A stretch of 64,000 bases of DNA from Octopus vulgaris (GCA_951406725.2 OX597825.1:60264001-60328000), one strand, 5' to 3'. Positions 41,640 through 55,914 are shown, numbered from the stretch's first letter. The notes: generated from the letters alone by a model not told the origin. A program made the numbers and translations.

Positions 41640-42738
41640 CATGTCTACGTCGTGTGTGTTGCTAGCAGAACCAGCTTCATTACCTGGGAAAAGAAAGACC
41701 ATTTGACAATGTTGAACACTTCTCTTTCCTTTCCTAAATTGCTTAACGAGCACTATTGTTCTTATTGTTGTTGATGATGTTAGGAAATGTAGTTACTTAC
41801 AAGGAAGTTACAACAATTGTATTTGGTTCTTCTCGCTCAATGATCAATTAAACTAGATATATCAAGGAGAGGTGTAGTTTGGATAGTAAATATCGTTTAG
41901 AAATAATGATGAGATCATGTTTTGAAAAACACATAACACTACATGCTTATATGGGCTTTTGTGAAGGCGCATGATGTATTGTTAGTTATTCTCTTCGATT
42001 GAAAATCGGAAGATATGTTGATTGGTCGTTTATGCAACCACAAGTAGCTCGTTTCGTTAGGAACGCAATTCATTTCCTGCTCCTCTAGTTCAAACAGTTG
42101 TAACCAAATTTTAACCGTAAGACAATGGTGTTTTGTAGATCATTAGCCTGAAAGCTTGCAATTGAAAGTTGTCAACAACTTCTCAAGACTACTATGCACT
42201 TGATAGATAGTGGAAAGTAGAATACAAGTTAAGTTATTTCCGAAAAGTTGAAAAAGTGGCAATATTGTTCTATAGGTTATCGTTTTAGCGTTAGGTCATC
42301 CTAAATTATATAGGTTTATAGTCAAATTCTTCCAAGTACGACCATATCATCTTTTTGCACATTGATAACCGTTCGATGTTTATTTTCAGTCTATGAAGCA
42401 ATTCGGCTTCATTTTCAAGCACTTTGAGTGGTCATCTAGTGTATTCTACGGAAGTTCCTGTTCAAGAGGTTTATCGTGTGTAGTGCTGTGAATTTACTTT
42501 ATCCTTACCCTTGTCCAACCTCAGTTTCATCCAAAAGCCATTGTATATTGTGATCTGAAAATTATTGCTACTGATACATTATAATAGAAATATGGCGTTC
42601 TATCAAGTAATTAATATATACGTATCAGCAGCTAAGAAAGTTTTTATAAGTGAAACTTGGATATGCATTTTTACAATTCTATATTTACTTCTTATTTAAG
42701 CAGTGAGTTCGTGGATAGTTAATGGTATAGATATGGCT

Positions 42739-42773
42739 CTGATGAAGGAGCTAGAATTCCTGAAATAAGCATA
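42739..42773 (+). ncRNA. Degenerate hammerhead-like core
   Basis: CTGATGA-aggag-ctagaa-ttcct-GAAA. Stems I and III are not convincing. Confidence 0.35.
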
Positions 42774-42906
42774 TATACCCATTACCTATTTCGTCCATCT
42801 ACAATTACGTTATTTTCTTTTGACATGCAGATACGAGGTTGTAACAAATCAGTGCTGGCTATAATTTCTATAGGAAATCTGTGGATATAAGCTTAAACAG
42901 TGATCA

Positions 42907-43683
42907 AGCTAGCAGAAACGTTAGCACGCCGGGCGAAATACTTAGCTGTATTTCGTCTGCCGCTACGTTCTAAAATCAAATTCCGCCGAGGTCAACTTTG
43001 CCTTTCATCCTTTCGGGGTCGATAAATTAAGTAACAGTTACGCACTGGAGTCGATACAATCGACTGAATCCTTCTGTCTGTCCTTGTTTATCCCCTCTGT
43101 GTTTAGCCCCTTGTGGGTAGTAGACAAATAGGTATTTCGTCTGCCGCTACGTTCTGAGTTCGAATTCCGCCGAGGTCGACTTTGCCTTTCATCCTTTTGG
43201 GGTCGATTAAATAAGTACCTGTTACGCACTGGAGTCGATATAATTGACTTAATCCGTTTGTCTGTCCTCGTTTGTCCTCTCTGTGTTTAGCCCCTTGTAG
43301 TTAGTAAAGAAATAGGTATTTCGTCTGCCGTTACGTTCTAAGTTCAAATTCCGCTGAGGTCAACTTTTTCTTTAATCCTTTCGGTATCGATAAATTAAGT
43401 ACCAGTTACGCACTTGTGTCGATATAATCGACTTAATCCGTTTGTTTGTCCTTGTTTGCTACCTCTGTGTTTAGCCCCTTTTGGGTAGTAAAGAAATAGA
43501 TATTGCCTCTGCTGCTACGTTCTAAGTTCAAATTCCGCCGAGGTCAAATTTGCCTTACATCCTTTCGGGGTCGATAAATTAAGTAACAGTTACGGACTGG
43601 GGTCGACGTAATCGACTCAATCCGTTTGTCTGTCCTTGTTTGTCCCCTCTGTGTGTAGCCCCTTGTGGGCAGTAAAGAAATAA
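42907..43683 (+). mobile_element. SINE family A concatemer: one head plus 4 x 184-bp body units
   Basis: Units start at 42949, 43133, 43317 and 43501 (tatttcgtctgccg...gtagtaaagaaatag). Confidence 0.92.
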
Positions 43684-45902
43684 GAAAGATACTTCAGGAA
43701 TTAAAACTTGAATCAATCTGGTATCATTCTTCAGATCCACATCACTAAATCGTGTAATACTTTTCAGAAACGAGCAATTGCCATATTCACTCACCGCTAA
43801 TACAGAGGTTATATTAAATCTCATGAAAAATAAGCCAATACTTTAATAGAAATTAGTATTGCTTTTTGAAATATTCCACCCACACAAAATTGAATAATCC
43901 AATTGCGATTTTTGTTTAAAAAATTCGAAATACTGATTAGAATTTTTTTTAATGTCACACTATAACCAATAATCTTTGAAATATTTGTCGTTATTATTGC
44001 TTGACATTGACGCCATAAAAAACGCGTTCTATATTTTATATCCTTATTAAAAAGAGGTCAAAAACAGCTTAATGCCATCTGAGATGAAAGATTAAAGACG
44101 GTGACGTTGATGATGACAATTTCGAGAACAAATGACAAAACAATAACAAGAAAATACTTTTAATTGTTTTTAATTTGTCAGAAAGTTAGAAGTGTTTGAG
44201 TAAAGTGTGTGTAGTTATTTTAATAGACACGAGTATTTAACTGGTAGTTATTGGTATTAATGGTATATATTGGTATTTATTGGTATTTAACTGGTATTCA
44301 TTTACACCGAACAGAGAATATCTCCTTGATCATTCCTACAAGTAGAAACAGAAAACTAAGTACACTTTAAAGTATATCATACCATTTTACGATGTTATTC
44401 CGAAGTAACACCTTACGATCACATACCGAGTGTTCTGAGAGGTCATTGGCAATGTCAGAGAACATAGCTACAACAAGCATATGCAGAAGAAATACATGAA
44501 ATTTAGGAGCTTAAGTGGTTAGTGATATGCACTTCCTTTACAAAACCTAATTTTTTTCTCTACTGCTAAACAACACTGAAATAACTCGGTGGTAAATGCG
44601 TTGCAAGGTTTCAGAAAAAATATCTTCCTTGCATCACCGTGGGAGCCAATAAAAAATGGTCAATTAAATAAATGGTCATTGTTTTGCTTGAAATAGCAAC
44701 AGCATTTTAAGTTTAGCAACCGCTAGAGGCATTGCGGATCTTATTAAAAGGAACCAAAGATGCATATTTGTTCTGGAGATACTTCGTTAAGATATTGGCA
44801 GATGGGTAAGTAGGGAATGTTATTACTGGAACAAGAATACAACAAATTCCATGCAATTCCAATCGGTAATGCGAAATGGATATTTGTTTTTTACCTGATA
44901 GTTAATAATATTCAAGGGTTCATAGCCAGGAAAGCAAAAGATACTTTCGTATAGAGAAATACCATAAGCTTTCTCTTATTCTAAATTAAAAGGTAACGCA
45001 AGAAAGTCATCAAAACGATCTCTTCTAGGTTTGTTACTAAAAACAGTTTAACTGTAATACTTTTGAAAGAAGTCCATCACTTGATAGAACAACTGAATTA
45101 GTTTCCAATCTCTCTTTCAGTGCCACATTGCTTACATACAGGCAAAGCCAAACCAAACTTCTACATTACTAAAATTTGGTGGTTATTTAAAACAATGTGA
45201 AGTAGTGAGGACATATATGCCTAGTACATGTTTTATTAAAATTGCAAAAGTTAGACAGTCAGAGAAAAATGAAACTATTTCTTACACAGTTTAAAGTAGG
45301 TTGAAACAAAAGGACATAAACCAAAATTATATGATAAATCTAAACAATCTTGCAAGTTAGGGGAAAGGGTATAAAAAGAAAGATGAAGATGCATGAATAA
45401 AAGACAGAAACAAAATGGGTGAAAATATAAAATAGAAAGAGTGGAGGGAACGGGGCCAAGTAATAGATAGTAAGGAAGAAATAGACAAATATACCCACCA
45501 CATTAACTGAGAAAATCATTGAAGCTAGAAAAGGCATTTATGTGTGTGTGTGTGTGTGTGTAAATAATAATTATATGCATAGAGCTTATAAACGATTATC
45601 GTGTACTGCCTTAAGAAAAGAACCTAATACTGATCTATATAAGACATCTTCGGAAAAAAAAGTGTGTGTAGATACGCATGGTAGTATGATAGTACCCACG
45701 GCGATGGCTTATAAGCCTTATGCATATAATCATATGTATATATATATATATAAGTAGTTGAATGAATTATCTTAGTATGGATAATTCGGTTAACCGATAC
45801 CTGGGTAGCAAATTCACATCAGAAAAACACGGTTGAAGCTACATGCCAAGGGCAGAGATCACGTGCTTTCGTGTGGAAATTTGTGTGTTTTTTTAATACA
45901 AA

Positions 45903-46036
45903 TAAATGAAAGAATGGAGTTGAACGACGATTTAACAAAATTCCTTTATTCTCGAGATATGTTTCGAAGGTTCGAAACATATGTCGAGAATAAAGGAATT
46001 TTGTTAAATCGTCGTTCAACTCCATTCTTTCATTTA
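45903..46036. repeat. Fold-back palindrome (66-bp arms, 2-nt loop, 1 mismatch) containing a hammerhead 3' half
   Basis: Arms 45903-45968 / 45971-46036; cGAAACATATGTC at 45973-45985; followed by (TA)n. Confidence 0.93.
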
Positions 46037-46723
46037 ATTATATATATATATATATAGTATATCCAAAAAACGAAGAACAAACGCAAAAAAAAAACACGAT
46101 AATCTGAGGACGTGGTACTTGTAAAGTATTAGCAAACAATCAGGGAAGGAAATGCGCTTGTGCGATGCATATATTTGTAGGCTCAGATTTAAGCATTTTC
46201 CATGGTACAGTTTATAATAATGGCTACATATTTTAAACAGGAAACTCTCGTTGAAATAAAATATATACAACATGCAGATGAAAGTGAGTTCAGGTATATT
46301 TTGTACCAATGTTACCCGATGCATTTTTTACCATCTTACTATAAACCTTCAATAAGCAATAATGAACATTGCACCATCAGCTATATTCTGTTGACAATTG
46401 TTTCATTACCACAATCGCCTCTAGAGAGATTTGAAAAATAAACACGCGCATACACATACATTGGCATCCACACCTATATATTTGTGTGTATGTGTGTGTG
46501 TGTGCGCGCGAGAGAGAACGATAAATAGATTGAGTGAGAAAGATAGTGAGGGTGAGAGTGAGAGGAGAGACGTTCTACTTGTGTATATCTCAGATATATA
46601 CAGAGTGGGCCGAAACTCAAGCACGAAATCAGTACAATATACTCCGGAATTGTGAAAGACATGCCTCACGTTTTGCAAAATTGAATAAAATAAAGAAATT
46701 AATGATAACTATACACGTATGTT

Positions 46724-46758
<35 letters not shown>

Positions 46759-46867
46759 TAATAATAATAATAGTATTAATAATAATAATAATAATGATAA
46801 TAATAATAATAATAATAATGATAATAATAATAATAATGATAATAATAATAATAATGATAATAATAAT

Positions 46868-46953
<86 letters not shown>
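46724..46953. repeat. (ATA)n then (ATG)n microsatellite
   Basis: Directly visible. Confidence 0.97.
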
Positions 46954-46955
<2 letters not shown>

Positions 46956-47150
46956 CCTTGAAATCGAAATGCAAAAGATGTGGCATCTTAAAGCGAGAAC
47001 TGTTCCTGTTATTGTAGGTGTCTTAGATATGATAAAAACAAAAGGGATGTTGGAAAGATCTAGATAAGATCTCAGGGCAACCGTGTCTCAGAGAAATCCA
47101 AAAGATTGTACAGTAATGTCCTCATCCTTAGAAAAACCCTATCCATTTAA
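46954..47150 (+). pseudogene. R4/Dong-type non-LTR 3'-terminal fragment
   Basis: DLEIEMQKMWHLKARTVPVIVGVLDMIK...ILRKTLSI* matches the C-terminus of the RLE domain. Confidence 0.75.
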
Positions 47151-47194
47151 ATGTCTGTGTTGTATTACATGAAGATAGTTCGCTAATTCCCCTC

Positions 47195-48300
47195 TTGAAG
47201 AAGCGTGAATTACAAGAGATAGACCGGAGAACACGTAAATTAAAGGCAATGAACAAGGAACTATACCCCAAGAATGATGTGTCAACATTCTATTTAAAGA
47301 GGAAAGAAGGCAGACAAGGATTGGTGTGTTGTGGATGCTGTGTAATGGAAGAGGAGAATAGCCTGGCTTGGTGTGTCAAGGCGTGTAAAGAAGAAATGTT
47401 TGAATCAGTGAAAATGTAGGGAAGCTTAAAAGTGAACAAAGCTGTACATCCAACAGAATTTAAGAAAGACCAGAGAGAGTAGATGAAGAAATTGTGGCAG
47501 GACAAGAAAATGCACAGTTAGTTCTTCAAGAATAGAGATGAGATTGATTGGAATGGAACCTGGCAATGGCTGCAGAAAGGAGACGTTAAAGGGCTCACTG
47601 AGGCATTAGTGTGCAGCGCTCAAGAACAAGCTCTCAGAGCAAGCTACTCCAAATATCACATTTATAAAAGCACTGACTCACCACAATGTAGCTGAGAAGG
47701 GAGAAAGTATAAGCCATATTGTTAGTGAGTGCTGTAAGTTCGTTCAACGCGAATACAAAACGGGACACGACAATGTGGCCAGATATGCCCACTGGCTCTT
47801 GTTCGGTAAAGCAAACCTTAGAGCCGAATGATAGTAGGAACACAAACCAAAGAGAGTGATGGAAAACGATCATTACAAAATACTCTGGGATTTTAATGTG
47901 CAGTGCGACCAAGTTATAGAGGCGAGACGACCAGATATCGTGCTTATCTATAAAGATGAAAAAGAAGTAAAGATAATAGATGTTGCAATACCAGTCGATT
48001 CGAGTGTGAAATGTAAGGAAACAGAAAAGATTAACAAACAGCCACTGCGGGACGAGATAGGAAAGTTATTTGGCATGAGGAAAGTAATGGTGATACGAGT
48101 GGTAATTGGAGCATTAAGAATATTGGAGTTGCTGTCAGACTCGAGGTGATCCAGAAGACAGCATTGTTGGGTACAGCTCGCATTCTAAGGAGAGTATTGT
48201 CTCTTTGAGTCACAGAAGTCACTACTTCAGAGCTTTGGTGATTTGTTATTGCCTGCTTTCAAGTAAAGAACAACCACAAATAGAACAACGAGAATCAAAA
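47195..48300 (+). pseudogene. 5'-truncated R4/Dong-clade non-LTR retrotransposon (post-RT region, zinc knuckle, restriction-like endonuclease)
   Basis: IDRRTRKL..LKRKEGRQGL; TWQWLQKGD..TEALVCSAQEQAL; ESISHIVSEC..HDNVAR; KILWDFNVQCDQVIEARRPDIVL..IIDVAIP (PD..D RLE motif); IQKTALLGTARILRRVL*. Contains stops and frameshifts, and has a (CAA/TAA)n tail. Confidence 0.92.
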
Positions 48301-48349
48301 CAAAAACAACAACAACAACAACAACAACAACAATAATGATAATAATAAA

Positions 48350-48787
48350 TTTCCTGATGCAGTACCAGGCAGTGGCTATCATGGCTTCTGATCTTAACTG
48401 ACTGGAAGTGTTATCATGTACATTGTTTTGTCTTGGAATAAAAGATGGGCTACAGCAAATATTCTGCTCAATGCCACAGATTTCCTGGTCAGTTGTTTGA
48501 CCGTAACCAGTTGAGTATGTCCCTTAGTGGCTGATGATATGTACATCTCTGATCACGAGCAGAGGTAGTGGGGGAGCATCATAACCGTGTGTTGAAAGGA
48601 ATTCTTAGAGGTTTGGATAATTCACCTTTGGAAACATGGGTGTTTCGTTCAATATCCTTAAAAATCCTTATCCAGGGACTTTTTGAGTGGAATGGGTTAC
48701 TTAACCCCCCAAAATTCTAATTATGCCCCACCTGGAAGGTCATGTGCTGTTTATCTTGATATGAGATCACCATGTCGAGCACATATA
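48350..48787. mobile_element. Second, truncated copy of the (TAA)n-flanked element
   Basis: Homologous to ~15759-16180. Confidence 0.85.
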
Positions 48788-50688
48788 ATAATAATAATGT
48801 AATAAAATGTCAGGCGTTTTGGTGCGTGACTTTTGGCTCACGCTCTGTTAGCAACAGTAAATACTGTGGATATACATAAACAAGTTTCCTTGCCATAATT
48901 TCACTTTAACGAAAACGTTAATGTGATAAGTTAAGCTTATGTAGATTAGAAATTTGTTTTTTATAAGGAAGTGGTTACATAGAGGGTTTATAATCCGCAG
49001 ATATAGTTGTATATTTAGCGATAGCGATAACAAGTTCGCGAAGATGACATGGAAAGGAAACTCTGACAGATGTTCAATATTAAAAGTATTTGTTCTAATG
49101 GTTTCAATACAAAAAATACACAATTCCTTTTTAGTGTCCCTATCCAAAACTTGCTGATCTAAAAATAACGGAAAACAAAATACAAAAAATATCCGAAATT
49201 TCATATCCAGGATGCGTTTAAAGATAGTTATAGAAATGAACGTAGGTCATTTTTATTTAATCCACTAATGGTGTGAAATTTATGTAGTCGTTTGTTAGCA
49301 TCAGCTCTTAAGCTAACAGAACTGAGCAGATGACAATTATGTGAGTTATCTATGTTTGAAACAATATTGTGCCCACAGTCAGATGCGATCTGCCAATCCG
49401 CCAATTATTGATATACCATCATATTGATTTTGTCACGTGTAAAAATTTTGTTACAGTAAGAATGTTGCTGCCATAGCATACATCCTCATTGACTAAGGCA
49501 TGAAAAAAAAGCATTCAAAAACTTGAATGAAATAGCTTCAACGAATAATAGAGCCTCTTAATGGCAAGGTGTTTACTTCTTGCTTTATGACAATTACCAA
49601 GGTGTGTTTAATGCATTGACACATTTCCACCTTGAAAAATAAAGATATGGTAATATGTGAACTCAGAAATTTATAGAGAGAATACAAAATAAATAAGTAT
49701 ATTTTTAAATCGATACCAATTTGAAATAAAATAAATTAAAAAGAACTTAATACAAAATTAGTGTCATTTCACAAGTCAATTTCTAAACTAAAAGAGAAAT
49801 AAAGACAGAAAAATATTGAAATGGTGCAAAGTTTCCTCATAAAATTTCTATTTAGAATTCCTATTTTCACTTCATTTGATACTTGCCTATCTCTCAAGTG
49901 TTGCCATTTCGACTCTAATGCTGTCTCGTGAACTGAACGACACCCTATAAAAATAAGGCGACGCTACTTCAACAGTTTTCTAATAAGAGGCAATAAATAT
50001 TTATTTTCCTCTAAGCAAGCTGAAAGGAAGTATTTACGTCTAACTTCCAAGCAATTAGTATCAATTGTCTGAGATTGAAATAGATGACAGTTTGTAAAAG
50101 TTATCGTTCTTTCCTACTGATACGGAAGGAAACTAACGAGAAACATTAACAAAATGTGTATACCTTAAATAAATTCTATCGATAGAAGAACTGATGGCAA
50201 TAGTAGATGTCTTGAGTTCTTGAAGAGATTTATGGGAGTAAAGAAAATAAGAATTACCTCAAAAGTTAAAAAAAAATACATGTAATTCTACGGTAACTGA
50301 CGGTTTGCCAACGTAAAAAATTGCTGTGTATAATATATTTAACCACATGCTTGTTGAGCAGATCCGTTATATGACAGTGGTATATGGCATATGACAGTCA
50401 GGCTATGGTATATGGGAAACTATGACATATTAAACATTCATCGCCGTTTATGGTTTCTATGTATGTATTATATTACTGTTGTTGTTTTTTTTTTTGTCAT
50501 GAAAATTAGATATTATTCATAGGTGAGAATGATTCGATCTAAACACCAAATAAAGCTAAATTATATTTCTATTACTATTTCGATCAATACTCCGAAATTG
50601 AATCGTACCATATGCTTTCTCACTATATTCTGTCTCTTTTTGTTCCTCTCTCTCACTCTCTCCCACCTTTTCTCCATATCACTTTCCC

Positions 50689-50734
<46 letters not shown>

Positions 50735-50827
50735 TTTCTGTGTATGTGTGCGTGTGTATGTGAATACATGTGCGTATATGCACTTACATATAGGAATAAA
50801 GCCATAGTGATACAGAGATAAATAGAT

Positions 50828-50936
<109 letters not shown>

Positions 50937-51862
50937 ATGGGAAATAAAAAGCTATGTGTGCATTTATGGATATCTGCACGTTTATTGAAACTTGTGTTGT
51001 AAACACGCTTATATTTAACCTACCCCCATACGTACACATAGTAATTCGTATGTGTGTGTGAACCTGTGTTTGAAAATGTGTATATCAGTGGAGGACAATA
51101 AATATCACTGATGTCTGCACATGTTGAGTGCTTTGCTCTTTTGCAACTTTCACACATGAAATCAAATATCTACATGTGCATATATAAATGTGCATAATTA
51201 CACGCACACATATATACATACGTAGATATCTACATTTGTGTAAATGTTTGTACATACAGTGTACGAAATAGGCTGTATTTATTTAAGTTCGTGCAAATTA
51301 ATTTCGATGCCTAGTCCTGTCAGTATGGTAGTTCATCCTATCCACATTCTTTTCCGCCTTTCTAACAAATAACATGTTTAATTCTATGACAATTTCAGCA
51401 ACTCCACACTTCAACCACCCCGGTGCAAATCACTTAATCTCTTTTGAATTTATCCTGCGCTCATCTTTGATCAACAGTGCATTCAAAACCATTTTATACC
51501 ACACAAATCCTCCTTTATTCCTTACGCATACACAATTATATATGTGCGTTTGAGAGTGTGAACGAGTTTGTATAGTTGTGATTTCACAAAACTAATGCTA
51601 GTTTAATCAATTATCTCCCTGTGTTTTGGTGCGTTTACTTTGTATTTTTTAATGTATTAGGTGGAAATAAGTACAACTAGAAACTATTGCTAGCATTACA
51701 ACCAGTTACTCTCATAGTGATAGAATGAGAATCAGCACGGAATACCTATTTTATTTTGAAGATTTCATACATAAAATGATAGTAGGCGAAATCGTAACTA
51801 TTTCGTTGAGGAAATACTGGAATCAAATCTGTTTCCATCAAAGGCATTCAAAGTGTTGAAAC

Positions 51863-52790
51863 TACAGGATGTTCCAAAGCAAAGGCAACACACCTTTTTC
51901 AATTTTGCCAATGCAAATGTTATATTGCAGGCCGAGCGTTGTAATGCAATGGAAAAGAAATAACAATTATGATACTACAACATTTAATTGATGTGACGAC
52001 TCGAATCCTGGCCTCATATACTTCACACGCAGCACACAGCTGTTCTTGGAGAATCGTAGCACATTTCTGGCGCAATTTCGCCTTCAAAGTGGCGGGAAAT
52101 GTATAAGAAGGGCTCTAAACTCACTCTCGTTTCCAAAGTGAATAAGACAGAAAATCCAACGGGTTGAGATCGGGGATTCTTGGGAGCCCATAAATCCTTG
52201 CCAGTGAACGACGGAACGTTCTTCCGAATCCAGTGTTTTGTTTGTTCGGAGCTGTGGAGGCTTCAAGGAGCTCCTTGAAAGTGCTCATTCACCGACGGAA
52301 GCAGTTCAGCTTCCGAAATTTCACTAATGTATCGCTGGATGTTAATTTTAACACCCAAGGGTACAAAAACGAGAGGAGACCTCCAGTGGCTGTCACAGCC
52401 GTCCAAAGCATAATTGACTGTAGATTTTGACGTCGATTTACGAGTCTAACTTTGACAGATCCAGATAAACTCCAAAGTCACTCATTCTGGTAGCTTAGTG
52501 TCTGTTCGATGTCAAATTTCTTTTCATCAGTGAACAACAGGTTGGGTAGCGTGCCTTCAACAATCTGACGAAAAGATTTCTCTCCACTTTCATGGACTTA
52601 TAAACTTGCGTGAGCTCATGACGAGGGAAGATCTTGTAGGGTTGGGTCTTGAGATCCTCCATCAGTACTCTATACATCGTTGTACGTCTTATTTATGCCG
52701 TGGCAGCCAGTTTTCTGATGGAATGACGAGGATTTCGCTGTATCCTTGCTTTGATAAGGGAATTTTAAAAAAAAGTTTGATTCAGGAATT
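51863..52790 (-). pseudogene. Decayed Tc1/mariner (DD37D-like) DNA transposon
   Basis: Minus strand LLFTDEKKFDIEQ, SIMLWTAVT, GVKINIQRYI and SPDLNPLDF. A TA-caggatgttcc TIR-like end lies at ~51863. Confidence 0.8.
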
Positions 52791-53053
52791 GTAGGTTCAC
52801 TACTTCATTTTACTAACTGTAAATTTACTTCGGTGCCTACATTTCGCTCCACGTTCATCATATGTGTTTTATAATTGATCTCTAGACTGTCGTAGTTTCA
52901 TAAATCCTCTTATGCATCCAAAGGAGGAAGAGGTGAGGTTGATCGATCGTAGGAGATCATCATCGATATGTCTGTTTTATGATATAACACTGCCTAGGTG
53001 CATGGTTTATATATAATTGTGTATGTCTATATGCACACACACGCACGCACGCA

Positions 53054-53143
<90 letters not shown>

Positions 53144-53436
53144 TATTTAAATATTCAGAGTTATATAGATGAGATATAACAATTATAACAATTATATAAC
53201 AACTATGTTAACAATAAAACATGTGGTATGAAGACAATTCTCTGATGAACATGCATTTAGTTTTGCTGCTCATGCGCCCTCTCCCTTCCCCACTATTTAA
53301 TTTACTATCTATTAGTTCTTCGATATATAATAACAGCCTATCAGCCTTAAGTATTTTAAATGTCGGTACATGGGGTATAATATTTTTTACCCAGGTAATT
53401 TACTTTATAATACATCATTTTATAGGCAACATAAAC

Positions 53437-53478
53437 AATCTCTGATGATGCTTTAATAACAGGTAAAACTAGTCAATT
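53437..53478 (+). ncRNA. Degenerate minimal hammerhead motif
   Basis: aatct-CTGATGA-tgct..aggt-(A)AAACTAGTC with G12>A; palindromic stem III ACTAGT; GUC triplet. Lies in a segment between TA-rich tracts. Confidence 0.45.
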
Positions 53479-53550
53479 CGATCCATATTCGCATCTAACG
53501 AAATTTAAGTAGTTCCACATATGTATGTATATACATATATGTATGCGTAT

Positions 53551-53584
<34 letters not shown>

Positions 53585-55338
53585 GTGTGTACATATGTAT
53601 GCATGTTTGGTATGTATGTATGTATAATGTATGGATACAAGTCCATTTATATTCCTAGTAATATGTATTTATGTGTGGATATGCTACTCCAGTGCTCTTT
53701 TGTGGAGCTTTATTATAGTTTGCTTTATTATCTTACTACAATTGACGCTTTCAAGTTCGCCATATTTGATAAATGCATTATAGAATGTTACAGTTATTAA
53801 AATTATAATTCACTCAGATTGCTAGTCATGAATTTCAAAAGAAAGTACATGATTTAGCATATCTTTGAAATATATATATGTTGTTTTTTTTTACACAAAA
53901 TTCTATTCATGTGTTGATCTTTATAAAAAAAGTTCAGTTTCATGAAGTACTAATAACCAAACGTTTGTCAGGAACATTGAACTTTTAAAATAAAACAATA
54001 GATTCTTCTTTCAATAGTTTAACATTCATAAGTTTAATTCATTTACTATCATGGTAACTGAATTAATAATTAATTAAGATTTCTGGAAAAAAAATCATAA
54101 TATCGATTGTATGGGAGAAAAGCAGCACAGCATAAAATTAATATATCGTTTGAAAACATGGAAAACAAAACTAAAAAGATTCAAATATGGTTGAAATTAA
54201 CAACATTACGAATGATCTATAGAAATTTGTGTTCCACTTCATGGATTTGAATCAATTCCCAATCATAAATTTAACATAATGCTTTCTTCTCTTCTGCTGC
54301 ATAAATTTTGGTAAAAAGCCCAAAAGTAAAGAAAGACATTAAAATTTGATTATATCTAGTTATGTGATGAGACTGAAAAAGATATGGCTGAAGAGTTGAA
54401 ACTTCATGAATTTATTTAAAAGAATATAAATATTTTAAAGAAAACAAAACAGACAAAATGTGGATGAGCGAGAAAAGGAGATGATATAAAAGGAATGGAT
54501 GGGGGCGGAGGGGAGAAGTGGTGTATAGATTAGATGAAAGTGATAATTCTGATTGCAACTGAAGTAATAAAATGACACGCGTAATTCTTTTTAATGTTTA
54601 TGGCATTGGCTCTGTAATCAAACTGACGCTCTTCTATTAATCCTAGAATATTTATTAGGGAATTTAAAGATGTCTTTTGAATTTCAAGTAAGTTACTCAC
54701 ATAAATGTTTTATTTATTAAGAAGACAACGAATAAATTCAAATAGAGACGGCATATATCTAAATAGTTTAAAATTCCACATTCCTAATAATGATCTTGAA
54801 TTTCATGTTTTGGTTTTGAGATTTTTTTTCTTTTGATTTCTATGATGTTATGCCAGAAAGATTATGAATTGGCACGAAGATACAGTAAATTTTAGAAATA
54901 TCTATGTCGCATTTTTTCAAAGAAATATATTTGCAGAGGTGCCTACGCTAAGCAAAGAAATACCATTTTACATATTAAATTAATTCAACACTGTATGTAC
55001 TTTAAGTATAAATACAGATGTATATACATATATACATTTACATTTATGCATACATATGTGTGTGTGTGTGCATATGTGTATGCGTGCAGGTATGTGTCTA
55101 GGTATGTGTATCTCATAATCCGTTCTGTTTGCTAGACCAAAAACTAAGTTTACGAAATGCATGCATGCACACACCCACACGCCCACACACACACATATCC
55201 ACCCAAACACATATATATGCGAGTGTGTTTGTGTGTTGTATGTATTTATGTATGTATGTATGTATGTATGTATGTATGTATTCTTCATCTTACCGCTCTC
55301 GATGTGACAGTATAACTGAGATTCAATGGCTATAGGTG

Positions 55339-55606
55339 TTTCTTTTCCTTTTTTCAGTCATGTCGTATTTAGAGTTTATTCCCAAGTTAGACCCGCCTGA
55401 ACTAATTTATACTATAAATGTATGCCACGCATTATGAGCTCTAATTTCTCTCGGGTATGTGATGCTCTGTTTTTCTTTTCCTTTTTTCAGTCATGTCGTA
55501 TTTAGAGTTTATTCCCAAGTTAGACCCGCCTGAACTAATTTATACTATAAATGTATGCCACGCATTATGAGCTCTAATTTCTCTCGGGTACGTGATGCTC
55601 TGTTTT
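55339..55606. repeat. Recent 133-bp tandem duplication
   Basis: cagtcatgtcg... at 55355 and 55488; the copies differ by one substitution. Confidence 0.95.
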
Positions 55607-55914
55607 TCAAAAGATGAAGTGAAATTTGAAAGAGAGTTGCTAGCACTTTCTGACGAACTCGTTTCCGACTTAGATACTAGCCTATTTAGTATAACATTCA
55701 TTTTAATAATATTCATTTTAATAATGATGATTTCTGAATTAGATACAAGGTTAGTATATTGAGGCAGAGTATTAGTCAATGGCAGCAATCCAATGACTTT
55801 GCAGGTACTATATCTTATTGCTCTCGGATGTGGGTAACCACTCCTTGTTGAAATTTGTAGAAAAAACGCAAACTTCCAAAATGATTCAATGAAATCGGCA
55901 CTATAGTGCATGCG

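Noticed and set aside
42949-43683. CRISPR-like periodic array
   Set aside because: Whole 184-bp units are homologous with no unique spacers; they are SINE-derived and the context is eukaryotic.
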